From Actinomycetota bacterium (lineage in GTDB: Bacteria > Actinomycetota > Acidimicrobiia > Spongiisociales > UBA5794): a stretch of DNA of 24,000 nt. The stretch's first letter is position 1; each line of letters begins with the position of its first letter. Positions 16,123-22,888 of the stretch are shown in pieces. The position numbers and the translations under genes are program-made. The stretch is taken from positions 1 through 24,000 of the forward strand of contig DRQR01000107.1 in assembly GCA_011371355.1 (NCBI GenBank). The letters are read 5' to 3'. The notes under the pieces are model-generated. The model was not told the DNA's origin. It saw nothing but the letters and a program-made list of their open reading frames with translations, and did not search any database.

Positions 16123-17337
16123 TCAGGCGACGACCCGCACCGCCTCGTAGCCGTGGATCACGAAGGTCGGATTCCGCCGGGGCGGCTCGACGAGGTCGAG
16201 CCCGGGTGCCCGGGCGACGAGGCGGGAGAGGGCCACGTCGAGCTCGAGGCGGGCGAGGGGCGCCCCGAGGCAGTAGTGGATCCCACCCCCGAAGGTGATG
16301 TGGGAACTGTCGCCTCGGGCGACGTCGAACCGGTCGGGGTGGGGGAAATGACGGGGGTCCCGATTGGCCGAGCCGAAGAGCATCGCGAGCTTGTCCCCGA
16401 CGGGGATCTCCCGGCCGCCGTAGACGACGCCCTCCTCACGCACCCAGCGCTCGAAGAGCTGGAGGGGCGGATCGAACCGGATGAGTTCCTCCACGGCGGT
16501 CCGCGCGTCGACCCGGCCCTCGACGAGCGCCCGCCACTGGTCCCGATGCTCCATGAGCGCGGTGACCCCGTTGCCGAGGGTGTTCACCGTCGCTTCGTGC
16601 CCGGCGTTGAGGAGGAGGATGATCGTCGAGACGATCTCGTCGTCGGTGAGCCGACCGTCCTCGGTCTCGGCGGTCACGAGGTCCGTGACGAGGTCGTCCC
16701 TCGGCCTGGCCCGCCGGTCGGCGATGAGCTCGCGACACCACTCGGTGAACTCGCGGCTCGCCTGCACCGCGGCCCGGACCTGCTCCTCGGTCCGGTCGAG
16801 CTCGTACATCTTCACGATGGCGTGGGACCAGTCGAGGAGGCTCCGCCAGTCGTCGGTGGGGACGCCGAGGAGTTCGGCGATCACGTGGACCGAGTAGGGC
16901 TGGGCGTACTGGGTGAGGAGGTCGAAGGGGCCGGCCCCGACGACCTCGTCGAGGAACCGGTCGGCGTGGCCGGTGATCGCCGGGCGGAGCCCCTCGATCC
17001 GCTTCGGGGTGAACGCCCCCGCCACGAGCCTGCGGAGCCGGGTGTGCTCGGGAGGCTCGAGCATGAGCAGCGACCACTGCTCGACCTCGAAGTAGGGAGC
17101 GAGGTCGGGACGGTCCGACGGGATGCCGAGCTCCTCGGGCGTCGGGGTCGATCCCTTGATCCGCCCGAGGCGCCGGTCCCGGAGCGCCCGGTAGACGTCG
17201 TCGTAGCGGGTGAGGAACCACAGGGTCGCGCCGCGACCCTTCGGGTCCTCCACCGGGAAGATGGGCGTGGCCTCGCGGACCTCGGCGAGGGTGGGATAGG
17301 GATCGTCGAGGAAGGCCGGATCGCGGAAGTCGATCAT
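16123..17337 (-). CDS. Cytochrome P450
   Basis: Track ORF, 404 aa. I-helix LLNAGHEATVNTL, ExxR in EELIRF, haem-thiolate loop FGGGIHYCLGAPLA. Confidence 0.95.
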   Translation of the reverse strand: MIDFRDPAFLDDPYPTLAEVREATPIFPVEDPKGRGATLWFLTRYDDVYRALRDRRLGRIKGSTPTPEELGIPSDRPDLAPYFEVEQWSLLMLEPPEHTRLRRLVAGAFTPKRIEGLRPAITGHADRFLDEVVGAGPFDLLTQYAQPYSVHVIAELLGVPTDDWRSLLDWSHAIVKMYELDRTEEQVRAAVQASREFTEWCRELIADRRARPRDDLVTDLVTAETEDGRLTDDEIVSTIILLLNAGHEATVNTLGNGVTALMEHRDQWRALVEGRVDARTAVEELIRFDPPLQLFERWVREEGVVYGGREIPVGDKLAMLFGSANRDPRHFPHPDRFDVARGDSSHITFGGGIHYCLGAPLARLELDVALSRLVARAPGLDLVEPPRRNPTFVIHGYEAVRVVA

Positions 17338-17351
17338 CCTCCGACCCGCCT

Positions 17352-18113
17352 TCAGCGGGGCGCCATCCGCAGGGCGCCGTCGAGTCGGATCGTCGCGCCG
17401 TTGAGGTAGCCGATCCGCACGATGGCCATGACGAGCTCGGCGAACTCCTCGGGTCGCCCGAGGCGTCGGGGGAACGGAACGCCCTCGGCGAGGCGCCGCC
17501 GATAGTCCTCGTTGAGCCCGGCCAGCAAGGGCGTGTCGATGATGCCCGGGGCGATGGTGTTCACCCGAATGCCCACCGAGGCCAGATCCCGCGCCGCAGG
17601 GACGGTCATCCCGACGACGCCGCCCTTCGAGGCGCTGTAGGCGATCTGGCCGATCTGTCCTTCGAAGGCGGCGACCGAGGCGGTGTTGACGATCACGCCA
17701 CGCTCGCCGTCGTCGAGCTCGGGCGCCTCGGCCATCCGCGCCGCGGCGAGACGGAGCACGTTGAAGGTGCCCACGAGGTTGATCTCGACCACCCGCCGGT
17801 ACCGGTCGAGCGGAAGGGGACTACCGGCGCGGTCGAGGATGCGCCCGGCGTCGCCGACGCCGGCGCAGTTGACCACGACCCGCAGCGGGCGGTCTTCGGC
17901 GGCGACGTCGACGGCGACCGCGACCTCGTCGGGATCCGTGACGTCGGCGTGGACGTAGCGCGCGCCGAGCTCGGCGGCGAGCGCCTCGCCCGCCTCGTCG
18001 GCGACGTCGAGGATCGTCACCGAGGCCCCGGCGGCCCCGAGGGCGCGGGCGGTCGCGGCCCCCAGCCCGGAGGCTCCACCGCTCACGAGGGCCGCTGCGC
18101 CGGAAACGTCCAT
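17352..18113 (-). CDS. SDR-family 3-hydroxyacyl-CoA dehydrogenase (HSD17B10/type II HADH-like)
   Basis: Track ORF, 253 aa. VSGGASGLG cofactor loop. [28 protein letters not shown] (YxxxK) closely matches the type II HADH block. Confidence 0.88.
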   Translation of the reverse strand: MDVSGAAALVSGGASGLGAATARALGAAGASVTILDVADEAGEALAAELGARYVHADVTDPDEVAVAVDVAAEDRPLRVVVNCAGVGDAGRILDRAGSPLPLDRYRRVVEINLVGTFNVLRLAAARMAEAPELDDGERGVIVNTASVAAFEGQIGQIAYSASKGGVVGMTVPAARDLASVGIRVNTIAPGIIDTPLLAGLNEDYRRRLAEGVPFPRRLGRPEEFAELVMAIVRIGYLNGATIRLDGALRMAPR

Positions 18114-18122
18114 GGCCCCATG

Positions 18123-18722
18123 TTACCGCCCGTCGCCGCGCCCGGCGCCGCGGAGCCCGAGGGACTCGAGGACGGGCACCACCTCCTCGAGGGGGAGGCC
18201 GATCACGTTGCTCGTCGATCCCTCCACCTCGGTGACGAATCGACCACCCTCGCCCTGAAGGGCGTAGCCGCCGGCCTTGTCCATGGGCTCCCCTGCGGCG
18301 ACGTAGCGGACGATCTCGTCCTCCGACACCGGCCGCATCGTCACCCGGCTCTCGGCGACGCCGTCGGCGACGACCCGACCCCGGCGGACGACCGCCCAGC
18401 CCGTGAGGACGAGGTGGGTACGCCCCTGGAGGCGCCGGAGCATCCGCCGGGCCTCCTCCTCGTCCGCCGGCTTACCGAGGATCGAGCCGTCGAGGACCAC
18501 GGTGGTGTCCGCCCCGACGACGATCGCCTCGTCGGAGGCCGACACCGCGGTCGCCTTCGCGGCGGCGAGTCTCGCCACGAGGTCGACCGGCGACTCCCCC
18601 GGCCGGGGGGTCTCGTCGACCGCCGGGGGTCTCACGACGGGCGAGAAACCCGCCCGACGGAGGAGCTCGACCCTCCGAGGCGAGCCGCTGGCGAGCACGA
18701 GCGGCGGCGGACTCGGCGGCAT
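18123..18722 (-). CDS. maf: Maf-family nucleoside triphosphate pyrophosphatase
   Basis: Track ORF, 199 aa. LVLASGSPRRVELL, KAGGYALQG. TAA stop. No SD; a TACCGT box ends 6 nt upstream of the ATG. Confidence 0.9.
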   Translation of the reverse strand: MPPSPPPLVLASGSPRRVELLRRAGFSPVVRPPAVDETPRPGESPVDLVARLAAAKATAVSASDEAIVVGADTTVVLDGSILGKPADEEEARRMLRRLQGRTHLVLTGWAVVRRGRVVADGVAESRVTMRPVSEDEIVRYVAAGEPMDKAGGYALQGEGGRFVTEVEGSTSNVIGLPLEEVVPVLESLGLRGAGRGDGR

Positions 18723-18727
18723 CCGGG

Positions 18728-18739
18728 CACGGTACCGTG
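18728..18739. promoter_or_regulatory. Perfect 12-bp palindrome CACGGTACCGTG holding two overlapping face-to-face TACCGT -10 candidates
   Basis: Read directly from the sequence. Reverse-strand TACCGT (18734..18729) ends 6 nt upstream of maf ATG 18722. Forward TACCGT (18733..18738) lies 25 nt upstream of the ACAD ATG 18764, ahead of AAGGAG. Confidence 0.4.
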
Positions 18740-18763
18740 GCCCGATCGGAAAGGAGACGACCC

Positions 18764-19909
18764 ATGGAACGCAGGCTCTACGAGCAGGACCACGAGCTGT
18801 TCCGGGAGAGCTTCCGGGCCTTCGTCGAGCGGGAGATCGTCCCCCACCACGAGCGCTGGGAGCGGGAGGGCAAGGTGGACAAGGCGATGTTCCGCGCCGC
18901 GGGCGCCGGGGGCTTCCTCGGGATGGCGATCCCCGAGACCTACGGCGGTGGGGGCGTCGACGACTTCCGGTACAACGCCGTCGTGGGCGAGGAGATCGTC
19001 GCCGCCGGGGTCGCGTCCTCGGGGATGTGCATCACCCTCCACAACGACGTCTGTATCCCCTACTTCCTCCGTTACGCGGACGACGACCAGCGTCGTCGCT
19101 GGTTCCCCGGGCTCGTCGACGGAACCCTCATGACGGCGATCGCGATGACCGAGCCCCACACCGGTTCCGACCTCGCCGGCATCAGGACCTCGGCCGTCCT
19201 CGACGGCGACGAATACGTACTGAACGGCTCGAAGACCTTCATCACCAACGGCATCAACGCCGACCTCGTGATCGTCGTCGCTCGCACCTCCGACGATCCC
19301 CACGGCGGCCTCACCCTCCTCGTCGTCGAAGAGGGCATGGAGGGCTTCACCCGGGGCCGCAACCTCGAGAAGATGGGACTCCATGCCCAGGACACCGCCG
19401 AGCTGTTCTTCGACGAGGTTCGGGTGCCCGTCGCCAACCGTCTCGGCGAGGAGGGGATGGGGTTCTACCAGCTCGTCGAGAACCTCCCCCAGGAGCGGCT
19501 GTCGATCGCGGTGGGGGCCATGGCCGGCGCCGAAGCCGCCTTCGAACTCGCCCTCGACTACGCGAAGCAGCGCACCGCCTTCGGTCGCCCGATCGGCTCC
19601 TTCCAGCACAACCGCTTCCTCCTCGCCGAGCTCAAGACCGAGATCGACCTCGGCCGGGTCTTCGTCGACCGCCTCGTCGCCGACCACGTCGAGGGACGGC
19701 TCACCATCGAGCAGGCGGCCGAGGCGAAGTGGTGGACGACCGAGCTGCTCAACCGGGTCGTCGACCGGGGCGTCCAACTCCACGGCGGCTACGGCTACAT
19801 GCTCGAATACCCGATCGCCAGGGCCTTCCTCGACGCCCGGGTGCAGACCATCTTCGGGGGCACGACCGAGATCATGAAGGAGATCATCGGGCGCGGGCTC
19901 GGCCTCTAG
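18764..19909 (+). CDS. Acyl-CoA dehydrogenase
   Basis: Track ORF 18737..19909 trimmed to ATG 18764, which is preceded by AAGGAG with a 7-nt spacer. TEPHTGSDLAG, FITNG, GGYGYMLEYPIARAFLDAR (catalytic Glu), IFGGTTEIMKEII. Confidence 0.92.
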   Translation: MERRLYEQDHELFRESFRAFVEREIVPHHERWEREGKVDKAMFRAAGAGGFLGMAIPETYGGGGVDDFRYNAVVGEEIVAAGVASSGMCITLHNDVCIPYFLRYADDDQRRRWFPGLVDGTLMTAIAMTEPHTGSDLAGIRTSAVLDGDEYVLNGSKTFITNGINADLVIVVARTSDDPHGGLTLLVVEEGMEGFTRGRNLEKMGLHAQDTAELFFDEVRVPVANRLGEEGMGFYQLVENLPQERLSIAVGAMAGAEAAFELALDYAKQRTAFGRPIGSFQHNRFLLAELKTEIDLGRVFVDRLVADHVEGRLTIEQAAEAKWWTTELLNRVVDRGVQLHGGYGYMLEYPIARAFLDARVQTIFGGTTEIMKEIIGRGLGL

Positions 19910-19921
19910 CCGAAGGCCGAG
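19898..19921. terminator. 8-bp GC-rich hairpin CTCGGCCT-N8-AGGCCGAG centred on the shared CTAG stops of the convergent ACAD genes
   Basis: Perfect inverted repeat, 19898-19905 with 19914-19921. The 8-nt loop holds TAG (+, 19907-19909) and CTA (-, 19906-19908). No U tract on either side. Confidence 0.35.
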
Positions 19922-21090
19922 ATCCCGGTGATCGCCTCGCCGAGGACGAGGGTGTGGATCTCGTTCGTACCCTCGTAGGTGTAGACCGACTCGAGGTTCG
20001 TCATGTGGCGGATCACCGGGTATTCGAGGGTGATCCCGTTGGCCCCGAGGATCGAGCGCGCGGTTCGGGCGACTTCGAGGGCCTGCCGGACGTTGTCGAA
20101 CTTCCCGAAGGAGACCTGCTCGGCGGTGAGGGTCCCCGCATCTCGACGGCGACCGAGGTGGAGGGCGACGAGCATCCCCCGGTTGACGGCCACCATCATC
20201 TCGACGAGTTTGCGCTGGGTGAGCTGGAAGGAGGCGATCGGCTTCGAGAACTGGATCCGTTCCCGGGCATAGCCGAGGGCCGCCTCGTAGCAGGCTCGGG
20301 CCGCGCCCATCGCCCCGAAGAGGATGCCGAAGCGGGCTTCGTTGAGACACGACAACGGGCCCTTGAGGCCGACGACGCCGGGGAGGACGGCGTCGCCGGG
20401 GAGCCGAACGTCGGTGAGGACGAGCTCCGAGGTGATCGAGGCCCGCAGCGACATCTTCCCACCCACCTCGTTCGCGGTGAACCCGGGGGTGTCGGTGGGG
20501 ACGACGAAGCCTCGGATCCCCTCGTCGGTCTGGGCCCACACGACGGCGACGTCGGCGATCGAGCCGTTGGTGATCCACATCTTCGTGCCGTTGAGGATCC
20601 AGTCCGGCCCGTCTCGCCGGGCGTGGGTACGCATGGAACCGGGGTCGCTCCCGGCGTCGGGCTCGGTGAGCCCGAAACAGCCGATCGCCTCGCCCGCGGC
20701 CATGGGCGGGAGCCACTGCCGTTTCTGCTCCTCCGAACCGAAGGCCCAGATGGGGAACATGGCGAGGGACCCCTGCACGGAGACGAAGGAGCGAACGCCG
20801 CTGTCCCCGTACTCGAGCTCGGTGCAGGCGAGCCCGTACTGGGTGGCCGTGGTCCCGGCGCAGCCGTAGCCCTCGAGGTGCATGCCGAGCAGCCCGAGCG
20901 CGCCCATCTCCTTCGCCATCTCCTTGGGGAAGGTCCCCCGCTCGAACCACGTGGCGACGTCGGGGAGGATGCGCTCGGCGACGAAGCGCCGGACCGTGTC
21001 CCGGAGGAGTCGTTCCTCGTCGTCGAGGAGCGCGTCGATCCCGAGGAAGTCGAGGGGATCGTGATCGCCGGGACGGATCGTCGCGCCCAT
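19906..21090 (-). CDS. gcdH: Glutaryl-CoA dehydrogenase-like acyl-CoA dehydrogenase
   Basis: Track ORF, 394 aa. LTEPDAGSDPGSM, WITNG, CLNEARFGILFGAMGAA, YTYEGTNEIHTLVLGEAITGISAF are GCDH-type blocks. Confidence 0.85.
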   Translation of the reverse strand: MGATIRPGDHDPLDFLGIDALLDDEERLLRDTVRRFVAERILPDVATWFERGTFPKEMAKEMGALGLLGMHLEGYGCAGTTATQYGLACTELEYGDSGVRSFVSVQGSLAMFPIWAFGSEEQKRQWLPPMAAGEAIGCFGLTEPDAGSDPGSMRTHARRDGPDWILNGTKMWITNGSIADVAVVWAQTDEGIRGFVVPTDTPGFTANEVGGKMSLRASITSELVLTDVRLPGDAVLPGVVGLKGPLSCLNEARFGILFGAMGAARACYEAALGYARERIQFSKPIASFQLTQRKLVEMMVAVNRGMLVALHLGRRRDAGTLTAEQVSFGKFDNVRQALEVARTARSILGANGITLEYPVIRHMTNLESVYTYEGTNEIHTLVLGEAITGISAFG

Positions 21091-21096
21091 GGGACG

Positions 21097-21102
21097 ATCC
21101 TA
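21097..21102 (-). promoter_or_regulatory. Candidate -10 box TAGGAT, leaderless gcdH transcript
   Basis: TANNNT on the reverse strand ends 6 nt upstream of ATG 21090, with no SD. Confidence 0.35.
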
Positions 21103-21132
21103 CCCCATCGGCGCCGGCGGCTGGCCGTCCGG

Positions 21133-21837
21133 TCAGGACGGGGCGTCGAAGAGGGTCCGCTGGGCCCGGCGACGACGGATCCCTCCCCAGGGGAGATCGT
21201 CGACGAAGGCCCAGCTCGTCCGATGCACGGTGGAGGGACCGAAGGCGGCGAGGGCCGCGAGGTGCCGCGGCTCGGGGTATCCCTTGTTCGAGGCGAACCC
21301 GTAGGCGGGAAAGTCCACGGCGAGCTGCTCCATGAGTTCGTCGCGGGCCTCCTTCGCGAGGATCGAGGCCGTGGCGATCGTCAACGAGGTCCGGTCCCCG
21401 GAGGGCACCGGAACGACCCGCCCCCGGCCGACGAAGTCCCGGTTCCCGTCGACGAGGACCACGTCGGGCTCCACCTCGAGGGCCTCGAGGGCCCGGTGGG
21501 CGGCGAGCCGCTGCGCGGCGGCCATGCCGAGGAGGTCGCACTCGGCGGGACTCGCGTGGCCGACCGACCAGGCTCGGCACCACGCCCGCAGCCGGGGTAC
21601 GAGGGCCCTCCGTTCCGCCGAGGTGAGGAGCTTCGAGTCTCGCACCTTGTACACCCGGCGGTCCCGGGGGATCACCGCGGCACCGACGCTGAGGGGCCCG
21701 GCCCAGGCGCCTCGTCCCACCTCGTCGAGGCCGACGATCACCTCGGCGCCGCGCCCCCACCACTCCCGTTCGACCCCGAGGCCGGGAGCCGACGACCGCA
21801 GGGACGGGCGGAGCCGCGGTACGCCTCCGGGATCCAC
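21133..21837 (-). CDS. rnhB: Ribonuclease HII
   Basis: Track ORF, 234 aa. GLDEVGRGAWAGPL, VRDSKLL, ASILAKEARD. GTG 21837 lies 1 nt after the upstream TGA. Confidence 0.9.
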   Translation of the reverse strand: MDPGGVPRLRPSLRSSAPGLGVEREWWGRGAEVIVGLDEVGRGAWAGPLSVGAAVIPRDRRVYKVRDSKLLTSAERRALVPRLRAWCRAWSVGHASPAECDLLGMAAAQRLAAHRALEALEVEPDVVLVDGNRDFVGRGRVVPVPSGDRTSLTIATASILAKEARDELMEQLAVDFPAYGFASNKGYPEPRHLAALAAFGPSTVHRTSWAFVDDLPWGGIRRRRAQRTLFDAPS

Positions 21838-21838
21838 G

Positions 21839-22432
21839 TCAGTTCATGCGTGGATCGACCGGGTGGTGGAGGTAGAGCCGCACCCGACTCCGCTGGCGTC
21901 CGACGACCTCCTCCCACAGCGACTCCGGCTTCGGGGTGAAGACGTCGCCGAGGTGCCCGTCGAGGACGAACCAGGACCCCGCGGCGAGCTCGAACTCGAG
22001 CTGACCGGGCCCCCACCCCGCGTAGCCGGCGAAGACCCGGAGCCGTTCGAGGTCGGGGAACTCCTCCGGCTCCTTCCCCAGATCGACGAGCCCGACGCCG
22101 TCGAGCACCGACGGCCACGTCGGATCGGACGTCGAGTCGGGGCGATAGCCGATCCCGATCGCGGTCTCGGGTTGGACGGGGCCGCCGACGAAGACCCTGC
22201 CGGGCGCGGCGAGGAAGGGGCCCCAGGCCGGGAGGAGATCGACGACGGGCTGGTCCACCATCCGGTTGAGGACGATCCCGAGGGCGCCCTCCTCGTGGTG
22301 TTCGAGCATCAACAGGACGGTCCGGTGGAAGTTGGGATCCCGCAGGATCGGGGTGGCGACGAGGAGTCGCCCGGCCGTGCTCCCCTCCACGGCCGGGCCC
22401 GTGCGTCCGGTGGTCGACCGTTCGTCGGCCAC
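21839..22432 (-). CDS. yqgE: YqgE/AlgH family (UPF0301) protein
   Basis: Track ORF, 197 aa. GRLLVATPILRDPNFHRTVLLMLEHHEEGALGIVLNR, GGPV and RVFAGYAGWGPGQLEFEL are the family's conserved blocks. Confidence 0.85.
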   Translation of the reverse strand: MADERSTTGRTGPAVEGSTAGRLLVATPILRDPNFHRTVLLMLEHHEEGALGIVLNRMVDQPVVDLLPAWGPFLAAPGRVFVGGPVQPETAIGIGYRPDSTSDPTWPSVLDGVGLVDLGKEPEEFPDLERLRVFAGYAGWGPGQLEFELAAGSWFVLDGHLGDVFTPKPESLWEEVVGRQRSRVRLYLHHPVDPRMN

Positions 22433-22436
22433 GGCG

Positions 22437-22616
22437 TCAGCGCCCGACCTTCTCTCGGTCGGGGACGAGGATCGCGCCGGAGAGGATCGAGGTGTGCCCG
22501 TCGTCCCAGCGAACCTCCACGCTGTCGCCCTCGACCCGCAGCACGACGCCTCGACGGGGAGGAACGCCGACGTGGCTGGTGAGGGTCTTGACCCGCATCC
22601 CCTTCTTCACGCTCAC
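22437..22616 (-). CDS. DUF1918-like small SH3-fold protein (59 aa), not in the ORF track
   Basis: Reverse-strand GTG 22616 is preceded by GGAAGGAGGACCAC. Translation: MSVKKGMRVKTLTSHVGVPPRRGVVLRVEGDSVEVRWDDGHTSILSGAILVPDREKVGR, TGA at 22439..22437. The pattern H-x-G-x-P-x-R-x-G-x-V...V-R-W-x-D-G-H resembles DUF1918 as I recall it. The stop lies 4 nt upstream of the yqgE start. Confidence 0.7.
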   Translation of the reverse strand: MSVKKGMRVKTLTSHVGVPPRRGVVLRVEGDSVEVRWDDGHTSILSGAILVPDREKVGR

Positions 22617-22643
22617 GTGGTCCTCCTTCCTCGCTCTCCTCCA

Positions 22644-22649
22644 AGCCTA
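22644..22649 (-). promoter_or_regulatory. Candidate -10 box TAGGCT for the DUF1918-yqgE-rnhB operon
   Basis: TANNNT on the reverse strand, 27 nt upstream of GTG 22616, ahead of GGAAGGAGG. Confidence 0.3.
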
Positions 22650-22669
22650 CGCGCGCGCTCGCCGCATCG

Positions 22670-22888
22670 TCACGTCCCCCGGTCGAAGAGGTTGAGGAGG
22701 ATCGACAGGAGGATCGACACCACGAGCATCGAGGTGATGGGGATGAAGATCGTCGTCCCGTCCCGTTCGACGAGGATGTCGCCGGGCAGCTTCCCGAACC
22801 ACGACACGAGCCAGGGGGCGAACCGCAGCACGAGGCCCACCCCGACGAGGACGAGGCCGACGAGGACGAGGACGTTCCCGACCCTCAT
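22670..22888 (-). CDS. DUF2905-like small membrane protein (72 aa)
   Basis: Last 72 codons of track ORF 22670..23980. ATG 22888 overlaps the upstream TGA (ATGA). MRVGNVLVLVGLVLVGVGLVLRFAPWLVSWFGKLPGDILVERDGTTIFIPITSMLVVSILLSILLNLF: two TM helices flank the GKLPGDI...FPI core typical of DUF2905. Confidence 0.75.
   Translation of the reverse strand: MRVGNVLVLVGLVLVGVGLVLRFAPWLVSWFGKLPGDILVERDGTTIFIPITSMLVVSILLSILLNLFDRGT

Noticed and set aside
18403-21939. Very long ORFs in the track: 1178 aa on + at 18403..21939, 1043 aa on - at 18632..21763, 997 aa at 13128..16121, 769 aa at 5841..8150, 636 aa at 973..2883, and 507 aa at 424..1947.
   Set aside because: Their products are dominated by R/P/G/D/E runs with no motifs. 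They lie out of frame or antisense to genes with unmistakable family signatures. They exist only because stop codons are rare at this GC content. Only the C-terminal segments in the correct frame (SpoU, the 2-TM protein, pdxS) are real.
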